Positions 1 through 7,762 of a stretch of 64,000 nt of DNA are shown piece after piece. Where the stretch lies: positions 1-64,000 of the IMG/VR virus record IMGVR_UViG_3300028048_000070. One strand, 5' to 3'. This DNA comes from an uncultured virus (IMG/VR IMGVR_UViG_3300028048_000070). Taxonomy: Duplodnaviria; Heunggongvirae; Uroviricota; Caudoviricetes. The position numbers and the translations under genes are program-made. The notes beneath the pieces were generated by a model. That model did not search any database. It saw only the letters and a program-made list of their open reading frames with translations, and had not been told where the DNA came from. Each line of letters opens with the position of its first letter. Within the stretch, counting starts at the first letter, position 1.

Positions 1-93
1 AAATACTACTGTATTTCCCCATTTAACTTGAGTACATACTGTATTACCCCATTTAACAACAGTAACATATGTACTACCCCATTTTATTGCCAT
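1..93 (-). CDS. KWG-cassette protein, N-terminal part only (continues beyond left edge)
   Basis: ATG at 93; reads MAIKWGSTYVTVVKWGNTVCTQVKWGNTVVF; preceded by 28-bp site at 101-128. Confidence 0.85.
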   Translation of the reverse strand, partial: MAIKWGSTYVTVVKWGNTVCTQVKWGNTVVF

Positions 94-100
94 ATATTAT

Positions 101-128
101 ATATAGCATAATACTAGTAAGCGTCATA
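101..128 (-). repeat. 28-bp cassette-boundary site, copy 1 (dif-like 11-6-11)
   Basis: minus strand TATGACGCTTA-CTAGTA-TTATGCTATAT. Confidence 0.95.
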
Positions 129-145
129 GAAAAAATATAATATTA

Positions 146-667
146 TTAAGAAAAAATAATTGATTTTATAGTTATATTGCATTCTACATATCCATAAGCA
201 TTATTTCTAACATAACATTCAAAATTGCAATATGTTGTATTAGTATAAGATGATATATCTATTGAACGAGTGTAAGTCGATGGAGATGTAGACGTATGGC
301 AATCACCAGTAGTACCAGCAAGGCTTCCTCCTATATATAACAAATATAATATATCATGGGAATAACCACCACCTGTTATTGTTTCTGTGAATGTAAGTGT
401 AACAGAATTAAATAAAGAAAAATTAATACTTTTATTTGTACTTTTTGATAAGTACATTGTAAGACTAGAATTTTTTTTAATAATTTGGGCTACAGATGCA
501 GTTGGAAAATAATTATTAGATTCAAATCCACCAGTTAAAGGATAAGAAAAACTACTTCCATCATATCCTCCAACAGGAAATACTTTAGTACTTCCCCATT
601 TTACTACTGTACAATTAGTATTACCCCATTTAACAGCAGTAACTTCAGTATTACCCCATTTTATCAT
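146..667 (-). CDS. KWG-cassette protein (putative variable adhesin/receptor-binding protein), 173 aa
   Basis: triple KWG(N/S)T N-terminus ending VFP, S/T/N/Y/G-rich variable body, C-terminal I-x-F/L-S. Confidence 0.85.
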   Translation of the reverse strand: MIKWGNTEVTAVKWGNTNCTVVKWGSTKVFPVGGYDGSSFSYPLTGGFESNNYFPTASVAQIIKKNSSLTMYLSKSTNKSINFSLFNSVTLTFTETITGGGYSHDILYLLYIGGSLAGTTGDCHTSTSPSTYTRSIDISSYTNTTYCNFECYVRNNAYGYVECNITIKSIIFS

Positions 668-674
668 GTATTAT

Positions 675-702
675 ATATAGCATAATACTGGTAAGCGTCA
701 TA
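675..702 (-). repeat. 28-bp cassette-boundary site, copy 2
   Basis: TATGACGCTTA-CCAGTA-TTATGCTATAT. Confidence 0.95.
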
Positions 703-710
703 GGAATTAA

Positions 711-1289
711 TTAACTAAGTATTATTTTAGATACAGTAAATGTATTTGTAGCAGTAAAAACCCTATTATCCCAATACCAATAGCCAGTAATATATAATTT
801 ACCTGCTGATGTTATCCAAGATCTAGCTGTTCTATAACTTGAAAGAGTATATGTTGTTCCACTACTCACAGATGAAATATCATAGTTATATCCAACATCT
901 TGTCCACTTATAGTAACTTTAGCACTATATGCACCTCGCCAATCTCCAAGATCAAAAGTTACTGCTATAGATGTATAACTATTTAATCCTATATTATCTT
1001 TTGTAAGGAATGTTATACGAGCACTATCATAAGTTTTAGTAATTCTTGAAGTTCTAGATCTATATAGATTTCCATTAGTTAAACTCCAGTCTGTTTCACT
1101 TTCACTTGGAGTAGCATCACTTCCTCCATCTGCAGATGATCTAAAACCATTAGTAAATGGAGGACTTAATACACCACCATCTAATCCACCAGCAGGAAAT
1201 ACTACTGTATTTCCCCATTTAACTTTACTACATACTGTATTACCCCATTTAACAACAGTAACATATGTATTACCCCATTTTATTGCCAT
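711..1289 (-). CDS. KWG-cassette protein, 192 aa
   Basis: same N-terminal triple KWG module, divergent body. Confidence 0.85.
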   Translation of the reverse strand: MAIKWGNTYVTVVKWGNTVCSKVKWGNTVVFPAGGLDGGVLSPPFTNGFRSSADGGSDATPSESETDWSLTNGNLYRSRTSRITKTYDSARITFLTKDNIGLNSYTSIAVTFDLGDWRGAYSAKVTISGQDVGYNYDISSVSSGTTYTLSSYRTARSWITSAGKLYITGYWYWDNRVFTATNTFTVSKIILS

Positions 1290-1296
1290 ATATAAT

Positions 1297-1324
1297 ATAT
1301 AGCATAATACTTGTAAGCGTCATA
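1297..1324 (-). repeat. 28-bp cassette-boundary site, copy 3
   Basis: TATGACGCTTA-CAAGTA-TTATGCTATAT. Confidence 0.95.
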
Positions 1325-1328
1325 GAAA

Positions 1329-1904
1329 TTATGAAAATATTAATTTAGTTAAAGTAAGTGTAGCAGTTACATTTCCATATTTTGAATTTTTACTAATATT
1401 ATATTGGATTTGTAATTTTCCAGTACCTTTTGGAAATTTGGAAGTATCAGATATATCTATTTCTCCTTGAAATCCGTTATATTTGGTTATATATACATCT
1501 GTACTACCAGTTGGCATTTTTAAATATATTTTAGATAATGAAAAAATATTATTTGGTAAACTTAAACTCCATGCGATATTTATTTTTGTATATTTTGTAA
1601 AATCAATAGATTGAGATGCTGATTCTATCCAACCAAAACACCAATATTGAGTAGATGATCTATTACCAATTTGCATTGAATATGTAGGATTTCCACTTGT
1701 AAAAGTGGATGACCATTGAGTTGTAGCTCCATCTGTATTATCACAAAGACCGACTTTAATTCCTGTATTAAATGGATATGAAAAACTAGAACCATCATAC
1801 CCACCAGTAGGAAATACTACAGTACTTCCCCATTTAACTTGAGTACATACCGTATTACCCCATTTAACAGCAGTTACCCATGTATTACCCCATTTTATTG
1901 CCAT
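1329..1904 (-). CDS. KWG-cassette protein, 191 aa
   Basis: same N-terminal module, divergent body. Confidence 0.85.
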   Translation of the reverse strand: MAIKWGNTWVTAVKWGNTVCTQVKWGSTVVFPTGGYDGSSFSYPFNTGIKVGLCDNTDGATTQWSSTFTSGNPTYSMQIGNRSSTQYWCFGWIESASQSIDFTKYTKINIAWSLSLPNNIFSLSKIYLKMPTGSTDVYITKYNGFQGEIDISDTSKFPKGTGKLQIQYNISKNSKYGNVTATLTLTKLIFS

Positions 1905-1911
1905 ATATAAT

Positions 1912-1939
1912 ATATAGCATAATACTGGTAAGCGTCATA
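1912..1939 (-). repeat. 28-bp cassette-boundary site, copy 4
   Basis: TATGACGCTTA-CCAGTA-TTATGCTATAT. Confidence 0.95.
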
Positions 1940-1944
1940 GAAAA

Positions 1945-2511
1945 TTAATAAAGATATATACTTGATATATTAAGATTCATACTTCCTGCAAAAACCATTT
2001 GACCAGAAGTATTAAAGTATCTATAAAGGCAAAAACTACCTGTTATGGATGTAGATATTGGATATTCTTTACCAGAAACTGGAACACTATCGGTAGTAAA
2101 AGAATAGTTTGAACCACTAGGATTGTTAATAAATGCATATGTATTTGTTATTTTTATAATATCATTACTAACAGAATATGTATAATTTATTTTAAACTCT
2201 GTATATTGAGAAAAATTTATATTTGTATTTATAGATTGAATATAAAAACTATAATTTTGATTATTTTTAGTATAATAATTTGTACAGGTAAAATTTAATG
2301 CTGTTCCAGATGTTATATTACCAGATGGAGAAATACTAGCACTATTTCCTGAACAAGATACGTTAAATCCAGTACTAAAAGGACCAATAAAAGTAGATCC
2401 ATTTATTCCAGCATCAGGAAATACTATAGTATTACCCCATTTAACAATAGTACATACTGTACTACCCCATTTAACAGCAGTAACTTTAGTATTACCCCAT
2501 TTTATTGCCAT
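1945..2511 (-). CDS. KWG-cassette protein, 188 aa
   Basis: same N-terminal module, divergent body. Confidence 0.85.
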   Translation of the reverse strand: MAIKWGNTKVTAVKWGSTVCTIVKWGNTIVFPDAGINGSTFIGPFSTGFNVSCSGNSASISPSGNITSGTALNFTCTNYYTKNNQNYSFYIQSINTNINFSQYTEFKINYTYSVSNDIIKITNTYAFINNPSGSNYSFTTDSVPVSGKEYPISTSITGSFCLYRYFNTSGQMVFAGSMNLNISSIYLY

Positions 2512-2516
2512 ATATA

Positions 2517-2544
2517 ATATAGCATAATACTAGTAAGCGTCATA
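2517..2544 (-). repeat. 28-bp cassette-boundary site, copy 5
   Basis: TATGACGCTTA-CTAGTA-TTATGCTATAT. Confidence 0.95.
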
Positions 2545-2559
2545 GAAAAATATTATTTA

Positions 2560-3084
2560 TTAAGAAAAAATAATTGATTTTATAGTTATATTGCATTCTA
2601 CATATCCATAAGCATTATTTCGAACATAACATTCAAAATTGCAATATGTTGTATTAGTATAAGATGATATATCTATTGAACGAGTGTAAGTCGATGGAGA
2701 TGTAGACGTATGGCAATCACCAGTAGTACCGGCAAGGCTTCCTCCTATATATAAGAAATAGCTTATATCATGGGAATAACCACCACCTGTTATTGTTTCT
2801 GTGAATGTAAGTGTAACAGAATTAAATAAAGAAAAATTAATACTTGTATTTACACTTTTAGGTAAATAGAATGTAACTGTATCATTGCCTATCCATTGAT
2901 TAACAGTTACAGTTGGAAAATAACTAGTAGTAGATGCAAATCCACCAGTTAAAGGATAACTAAAACTACTTCCATTATATCCTCCAACGGGAAATACTTT
3001 AGTACTTCCCCAATATACTGCAGTGCATACTGTACTACCCCACTTAGCAGCAGTAACTGTAGTACTACCTCATTTTATTGCCAT
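2560..3084 (-). pseudogene. KWG-cassette gene with TGG->TGA nonsense at codon 5; close paralog of 146..667
   Basis: ATG GCA ATA AAA TGA (3072-3070) GGT...; 525 nt to TAA at 2562-2560; 3' ~285 nt nearly identical to 146-430; absent from ORF track. Confidence 0.85.
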
Positions 3085-3091
3085 ATATTAT

Positions 3092-3119
3092 ATATAGCAT
3101 AATACTGGTAAGCGTCATA
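3092..3119 (-). repeat. 28-bp cassette-boundary site, copy 6
   Basis: TATGACGCTTA-CCAGTA-TTATGCTATAT. Confidence 0.95.
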
Positions 3120-3125
3120 GAAAAA

Positions 3126-3668
3126 TTAAGATGTAGAAAAATCTATTTCATATATTTTAAGTGTAGCTCCTTTAATGTTGCTACTATTTATAGCACCAAT
3201 ATAGCACATAGATGAATCATGAGTTACTCCATCAGTATATTGAATTTTTGTTTTTACATTATTTGAAATTTCCATATAATGTGAATTTGAAGAAGGAGAG
3301 CTTCCAAACATTGATGCAACTACGCATTTAAATACAGAAAAACCTGTTATAGAATAATTTATTCTTATATATTTATAAAATCCAGTAGGACCAACCTTAT
3401 GATTACTATCTATCATTTCTATGTTAAAAAATCTAATCCAACTAGTATTATTAGCAACTGCAGCTGTAAATAATAAATGATCAGATTGTAATGATGTACC
3501 AGTAGCCCAAGGATATATTTCTTTAATAATAGATGAATTTATTTGCCCATAATAATACCCTAATCCTCCAGCTGGAAATACTACAGTACTTCCCCATTTT
3601 ACTACTGTACAATTAGTATTGCCCCATTTAACAGCAGTTACATATGTATTTCCCCATTTTATTGCCAT
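3126..3668 (-). CDS. KWG-cassette protein, 180 aa (start at MAIKWG)
   Basis: start moved from 3677 to 3668 by alignment with paralogs. Confidence 0.85.
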   Translation of the reverse strand: MAIKWGNTYVTAVKWGNTNCTVVKWGSTVVFPAGGLGYYYGQINSSIIKEIYPWATGTSLQSDHLLFTAAVANNTSWIRFFNIEMIDSNHKVGPTGFYKYIRINYSITGFSVFKCVVASMFGSSPSSNSHYMEISNNVKTKIQYTDGVTHDSSMCYIGAINSSNIKGATLKIYEIDFSTS

Positions 3669-3675
3669 ATATAGC

Positions 3676-3703
3676 ATACAGCATAATACTGGTAAGCGTC
3701 ATA
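3676..3703 (-). repeat. 28-bp cassette-boundary site, copy 7
   Basis: TATGACGCTTA-CCAGTA-TTATGCTGTAT, followed by a second GCTATAT (local duplication). Confidence 0.9.
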
Positions 3704-3710
3704 GAAAATA

Positions 3711-4367
3711 TTATGATATTAATATTATTTCAGATATCGTACCACTAAATACAGCATATGCTCCATTTATATCTATTCTTATAATAAATCTGGTATATGT
3801 TGTATCATTATCCCAAGTTCCATTAAAATTATATGTTCCACCAGTCCAAGTCATTGGATAACTAGATGAAGCAGCCCATGTAGATGCATTACTTGTATTA
3901 CCTCTAGTATTACCATCTCTTTGAATATAACAGTTATTTAATGCTGTATATCCAATAGTATTATATTTAACGGTTCCAACTTCAATAGAAGGATATGCAT
4001 AATATCTTGAACTTGAAGTGCTGATATTTAAACTGCATACAATTTTTATTTTTGTAGTATTTTTAAACCAAGTATTAGTATAACCATTTGGTGCAGCAAT
4101 TAGACATCTGCCAGCCATATCACCAGTACTTATTGATATATTTGTACTATTTAAAGTCATAGGGCATACATTAGTATTTATATATGATACATATGTACTA
4201 GAATTCCAGTCATTTCCAATATTAGAATTAAATGGATTATTACCATAACTATATATAGCAGCACCACTAGCATCAGGAAATACTACTGTACTACCCCATT
4301 TAACTTGAGAACATACTGTACTTCCCCATTTTATAACAGTACATATAGTACTACCCCATTTTATCAT
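3711..4367 (-). CDS. KWG-cassette protein, 218 aa (first cassette in transcription direction)
   Basis: MIKWGSTICTVIKWGSTVCSQVKWGSTVVFP. Confidence 0.85.
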   Translation of the reverse strand: MIKWGSTICTVIKWGSTVCSQVKWGSTVVFPDASGAAIYSYGNNPFNSNIGNDWNSSTYVSYINTNVCPMTLNSTNISISTGDMAGRCLIAAPNGYTNTWFKNTTKIKIVCSLNISTSSSRYYAYPSIEVGTVKYNTIGYTALNNCYIQRDGNTRGNTSNASTWAASSSYPMTWTGGTYNFNGTWDNDTTYTRFIIRIDINGAYAVFSGTISEIILIS

Positions 4368-4374
4368 ATATATA

Positions 4375-4402
4375 ATATAGCATAGTATTGGTAAGCGTCA
4401 TA
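4375..4402 (-). repeat. 28-bp cassette-boundary site, copy 8 (array-terminal, most divergent)
   Basis: TATGACGCTTA-CCAATA-CTATGCTATAT. Confidence 0.9.
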
Positions 4403-4409
4403 GAAAAAT

Positions 4410-4445
4410 AAAATATCAGTAGAGCTTTTGCTCTACTGATATTTT
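4410..4445. terminator. intrinsic terminator hairpin between HTH operon and cassette array
   Basis: perfect 16-bp stem AAAATATCAGTAGAGC-TTTT-GCTCTACTGATATTTT. Confidence 0.8.
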
Positions 4446-4458
4446 TATAGTATATTTA

Positions 4459-4689
4459 TTATTCCTCATCAGATCCTAAATTAATTTTCATTGTAAGAGT
4501 TTGCTTTAAAGTTACAATAGTTTCTCCTTTAGTATTGACTCTTACAGTTATATTAGATGAATCTTTTTTAGATTCTTTAAATTCCTCTAATTCTTCCTCA
4601 CTAAGATCTAAAGCTTCTATAATCTTATCAGCATTAGACTCAGGTGATTCAAATGTAAGTTTATTAAGTTTTCTAACTGTGATTCCCAT
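4459..4689 (-). CDS. hypothetical protein, 76 aa
   Basis: ORF with AGGAG SD. Confidence 0.7.
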   Translation of the reverse strand: MGITVRKLNKLTFESPESNADKIIEALDLSEEELEEFKESKKDSSNITVRVNTKGETIVTLKQTLTMKINLGSDEE

Positions 4690-4714
4690 TTATATACTCT
4701 CCTTTTCTAAATTT

Positions 4715-4900
4715 TTATTTACAGGAATTATTAATATAATCATATACATTTCCTCGTGTAGTTTTCCATTTACCCATTTTAAATCCTTTCATCTTTCCAG
4801 ATCTGAAAAGATTATTAACAGTATCAGGAGAGCATTTGAGCATATCTGCTACCTCTTTTGTTGTAAGAACCTGTGATAAATTCTGCTTATTAGATGCCAT
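4715..4900 (-). CDS. excisionase-like (HTH_17/MerR-type) DNA-binding protein
   Basis: VLTTKEVADMLKCSPDTVNNLFRSGKMKGFKMGKWK matches the Xis-like wHTH pattern; GGAGG SD. Confidence 0.8.
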   Translation of the reverse strand: MASNKQNLSQVLTTKEVADMLKCSPDTVNNLFRSGKMKGFKMGKWKTTRGNVYDYINNSCK

Positions 4901-4927
4901 TTTATTTCCTCCTTATTTTTATAATTA

Positions 4928-5527
4928 TTATTTAACTTGATCTTGATATTCAATATATCCATCAATATCTTCAAAATAAATAGCATTAATAGCTTTTATC
5001 TTACCAGTTTTTCTTTCAATATCAATATCAACATTAACAGATGTTTTTCTTATTTCAGCATCTTTATGAGCTTTAATAAGAATATGAGATAATGTTGCTC
5101 TAGATATACCAAGTATTCTTTCGGCTTCAGAAATAGATACTACTGTAGGAACACTACAGTTAAGATAATAAATTCTAACATATTTTGCATTAGGAGCTCT
5201 TGAAATATTAATAGATTTAAGATAAGGATCATTTGTATTAGTAGGAACAATAATAACTCTATTGATAATAGTATCAACAGTAGTATTATCTTTATTATCA
5301 GAAGATAATGATGAAGTAGGATTAAATCCTATAAAAGGATTAGGCTGTCTATCAAGAACAAAATTAAGAGTAAGTGTAACATTAGTATTCCAGCTTGCAT
5401 CATCATTCATATTATTATAAATCGAGTATTGAAAAGGACTATAAAGATTTAAATGAAAACCAGACTGGTAAAGAAAATTAAAAAACTGATTTATTGCAGG
5501 ATTATTATAGTTATCAAATTCATTCAT
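4928..5527 (-). CDS. hypothetical protein with putative HTH
   Basis: SISEAERILGISRATLSHIL helix-turn-helix-like segment; GGAGG SD. Confidence 0.6.
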   Translation of the reverse strand: MNEFDNYNNPAINQFFNFLYQSGFHLNLYSPFQYSIYNNMNDDASWNTNVTLTLNFVLDRQPNPFIGFNPTSSLSSDNKDNTTVDTIINRVIIVPTNTNDPYLKSINISRAPNAKYVRIYYLNCSVPTVVSISEAERILGISRATLSHILIKAHKDAEIRKTSVNVDIDIERKTGKIKAINAIYFEDIDGYIEYQDQVK

Positions 5528-5630
5528 ATCATATACCTCCTTTAAAAGTATGTTAGTAGTGCGATAATACTTTACAATTATATCGATTCTGGCTCGATTA
5601 TAATAAAGTAGGAGATATAATAAAAAATAA

Positions 5631-5660
5631 ATTTGGGAGGTGAATAACTACCTCCCAAAT
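5631..5660 (-). terminator. intrinsic terminator
   Basis: ATTTGGGAGGT/ACCTCCCAAAT stem followed by T-tract on minus strand. Confidence 0.75.
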
Positions 5661-5672
5661 ATTATATTAATT

Positions 5673-6236
5673 TTAATTAATAAAATCTTCTTCTTCAACT
5701 TGATCTTGAGGAATAGGTTTATTTGTTTTTGGATCTATAAAGTAGATAGCATTTCTAATACCGGTTGTGATTGCTTCCTGTTCAGTTTTTTCTCTTAGGA
5801 TTCTATGAGAAACAGTACCTCTTCCGAATCCAAGAATTTTATCCCATGTACTATAAGAATAAGTATCACCAATATCTGATGTAATTTCTTTTTTAGCTTT
5901 AGAGGTATTAATAGGTTCATTAACAGCTCTTTCTATACTCCATCCAAGATCAAATATTCTAGAATGAAGTGTATCAATTTTTATATTTTCACGTTTTGCA
6001 ATTTCATAAAGAAACATTTCTTTTCCTGTCTTAGGATCAATAACTTTTTTGTTAGCATATCCAACAGGAGTTGTAATAGCTTCTGTTAATGACATACCAT
6101 TAGCTAATCTTTTCCTAATTGTACTAAGACAATAATGTTTAGTTTCAGCAATATCTTTAAGAGTTGAAAATGAATAGTTTCCAGACTCATCAGTTATAAT
6201 AATTCTAGTAGAATCTACCATATTTTTGCTACCCAT
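5673..6236 (-). CDS. nuclease-less paralog of the HNH protein C-terminal repeat region (putative DNA-binding protein)
   Basis: three repeats aligning with 6294..7499 C-terminus (GWSIERAVNEPIN vs GWSIDKALNTPIN; KPIPQDQVE vs KPIPQNEVD); AAGGAG SD supports MGSK start at 6236. Confidence 0.7.
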   Translation of the reverse strand: MGSKNMVDSTRIIITDESGNYSFSTLKDIAETKHYCLSTIRKRLANGMSLTEAITTPVGYANKKVIDPKTGKEMFLYEIAKRENIKIDTLHSRIFDLGWSIERAVNEPINTSKAKKEITSDIGDTYSYSTWDKILGFGRGTVSHRILREKTEQEAITTGIRNAIYFIDPKTNKPIPQDQVEEEDFIN

Positions 6237-6293
6237 TTTTATTTTCTCCTTATTTTTATTATTCATAATTATAATATATAGATAATATTAAAT

Positions 6294-7499
6294 TTAATCA
6301 ACTTCATTTTGTGGTATAGGTTTACCAGTTTCTTCATTAGTAAAATAAATTCCATTTCTAAATCCCGTAGTTAAAGCTTCTTCTGCAGTCATTCCAGAAT
6401 TTAATCTATCTATCAAACATCCATTAGACAATCCTAAAATGTATTCCCATTCATTTGTAGTGAGTATAGTTCCATTAAATGTAATATATCTAATAGGATT
6501 ATTTATAGGCGTATTTAAAGCCTTATCAATAGACCATCCTCCTCTTACAACCCTATCATATACTAATTTAGGATTGATACCATGTTCAATAGCAATATCA
6601 GATAAAAATCTTTCTTTTCCAGTATAAGGATCTTTTATTTTTACAATATAATCATTTATAGGCGTATTTAAAGCCTTATCAATAGACCAACCTAAATTAA
6701 TTATTCTATTATATAAATTATAATATTCAATATTATATATTTTTGCCCATTCTGAAATGGTATGTTCTTCATTATTATATTTTATTATTACATTATTTGA
6801 TGTATTATTTGCTTGAACCTCTTGAGTAGTCCATCTACAATTAGAAGGTTCATAATTTCCATCATTATTAATTCTATCAATAGTAAGATCATCGGAATAA
6901 CCATTAGCCATAGCCCAATTATAAAAATTTATAAATCCATTTTCTCCTAACCATTCATCACAAATGGTAATTCCTCTACCTCCATATCTTTTATAATGCT
7001 TATTATTACTATTAAAACATCTATGCTTCATTTTATTATATTTACCATATATCTTAGTATTATATAATCCATGTTTTGTAGATGAATCAACTATCAAACA
7101 TCCACAACTTCTTGTATGTCCATTCCTTAATGCATGCCCTCTAACAATTGTAGTATTTCCACAATCACATTTACAAACCCATTGTGTTTCTCGCCCTGCT
7201 GGACCTATAAAATCTTCTCCTCTTTTTATAACTGTTAATTTTCCAAACCTTTCACCAGTAATATCTTTTAATTTATTAGATTTACATTCTTTACAGCAAT
7301 GCACATGACCATTAAGAAGATTATGATGAATAACTGTAATTTTATTTCCACAATCGCATTTACAAATCCATCTAGGTTCATGTCTTTTAGATGAAGGATA
7401 AATATAATCTTCTCCTCTTTTTTCTACAACAAGTTTATCAAATCTTTCCCCTATAAGATTTCTCCAACCTTTCTTTGTAGAAGTTATTTTATTAGACAT
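6294..7499 (-). CDS. free-standing HNH homing endonuclease
   Basis: two GERFxKL..W.CKCDCGN modules, SCGC, YGGRGITICDEW, LTIDRINNDGNYEPSNCRW. Confidence 0.9.
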   Translation of the reverse strand: MSNKITSTKKGWRNLIGERFDKLVVEKRGEDYIYPSSKRHEPRWICKCDCGNKITVIHHNLLNGHVHCCKECKSNKLKDITGERFGKLTVIKRGEDFIGPAGRETQWVCKCDCGNTTIVRGHALRNGHTRSCGCLIVDSSTKHGLYNTKIYGKYNKMKHRCFNSNNKHYKRYGGRGITICDEWLGENGFINFYNWAMANGYSDDLTIDRINNDGNYEPSNCRWTTQEVQANNTSNNVIIKYNNEEHTISEWAKIYNIEYYNLYNRIINLGWSIDKALNTPINDYIVKIKDPYTGKERFLSDIAIEHGINPKLVYDRVVRGGWSIDKALNTPINNPIRYITFNGTILTTNEWEYILGLSNGCLIDRLNSGMTAEEALTTGFRNGIYFTNEETGKPIPQNEVD

Positions 7500-7675
7500 A
7501 ACATATCCTCCTTTAAATTTTATATAATATAATTATTATTTTGTTATACGTATTGTAAAATAATATTTTGTATAAATTTTCTTAATTATTATAAAATCCT
7601 ATGTACCCGGTGATATGTTATGTAAGTTCTATATACAATAGCTTAATAAAATATATAAAATATAAATAAAAATAG

Positions 7676-7701
7676 GAGGGTAGGCTTTAAAGCCTACCCT
7701 C
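7676..7701 (-). terminator. intrinsic terminator after capsid gene
   Basis: GAGGGTAGGCT-TTAA-AGCCTACCCTC. Confidence 0.8.
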
Positions 7702-7762
7702 TTTATATTACGACATATCAAATATCAACAAATATAAAGTAATTATTGATTTTAAACTTAAA

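Noticed and set aside
3070..3072. TGA-as-Trp recoding
   Set aside because: All other KWG Trp codons are TGG, and TGA serves as stop in ATGA overlaps (16677-16680, 16880-16883, 19864-19867).
146..3084. Diversity-generating retroelement TR/VR pair (146..667 vs 2560..3084)
   Set aside because: Differences are not adenine-restricted (e.g. GCT/GCC, TTG/TTC, TTA/AGC) and no reverse transcriptase is in the window.
101..4402. CRISPR array (28-bp direct repeats)
   Set aside because: Spacers are ~550-670 bp and each is a full paralogous gene; no cas genes.
101..4402. Invertible shufflon
   Set aside because: All sites and genes are in the same orientation; inversion needs inverted sites.
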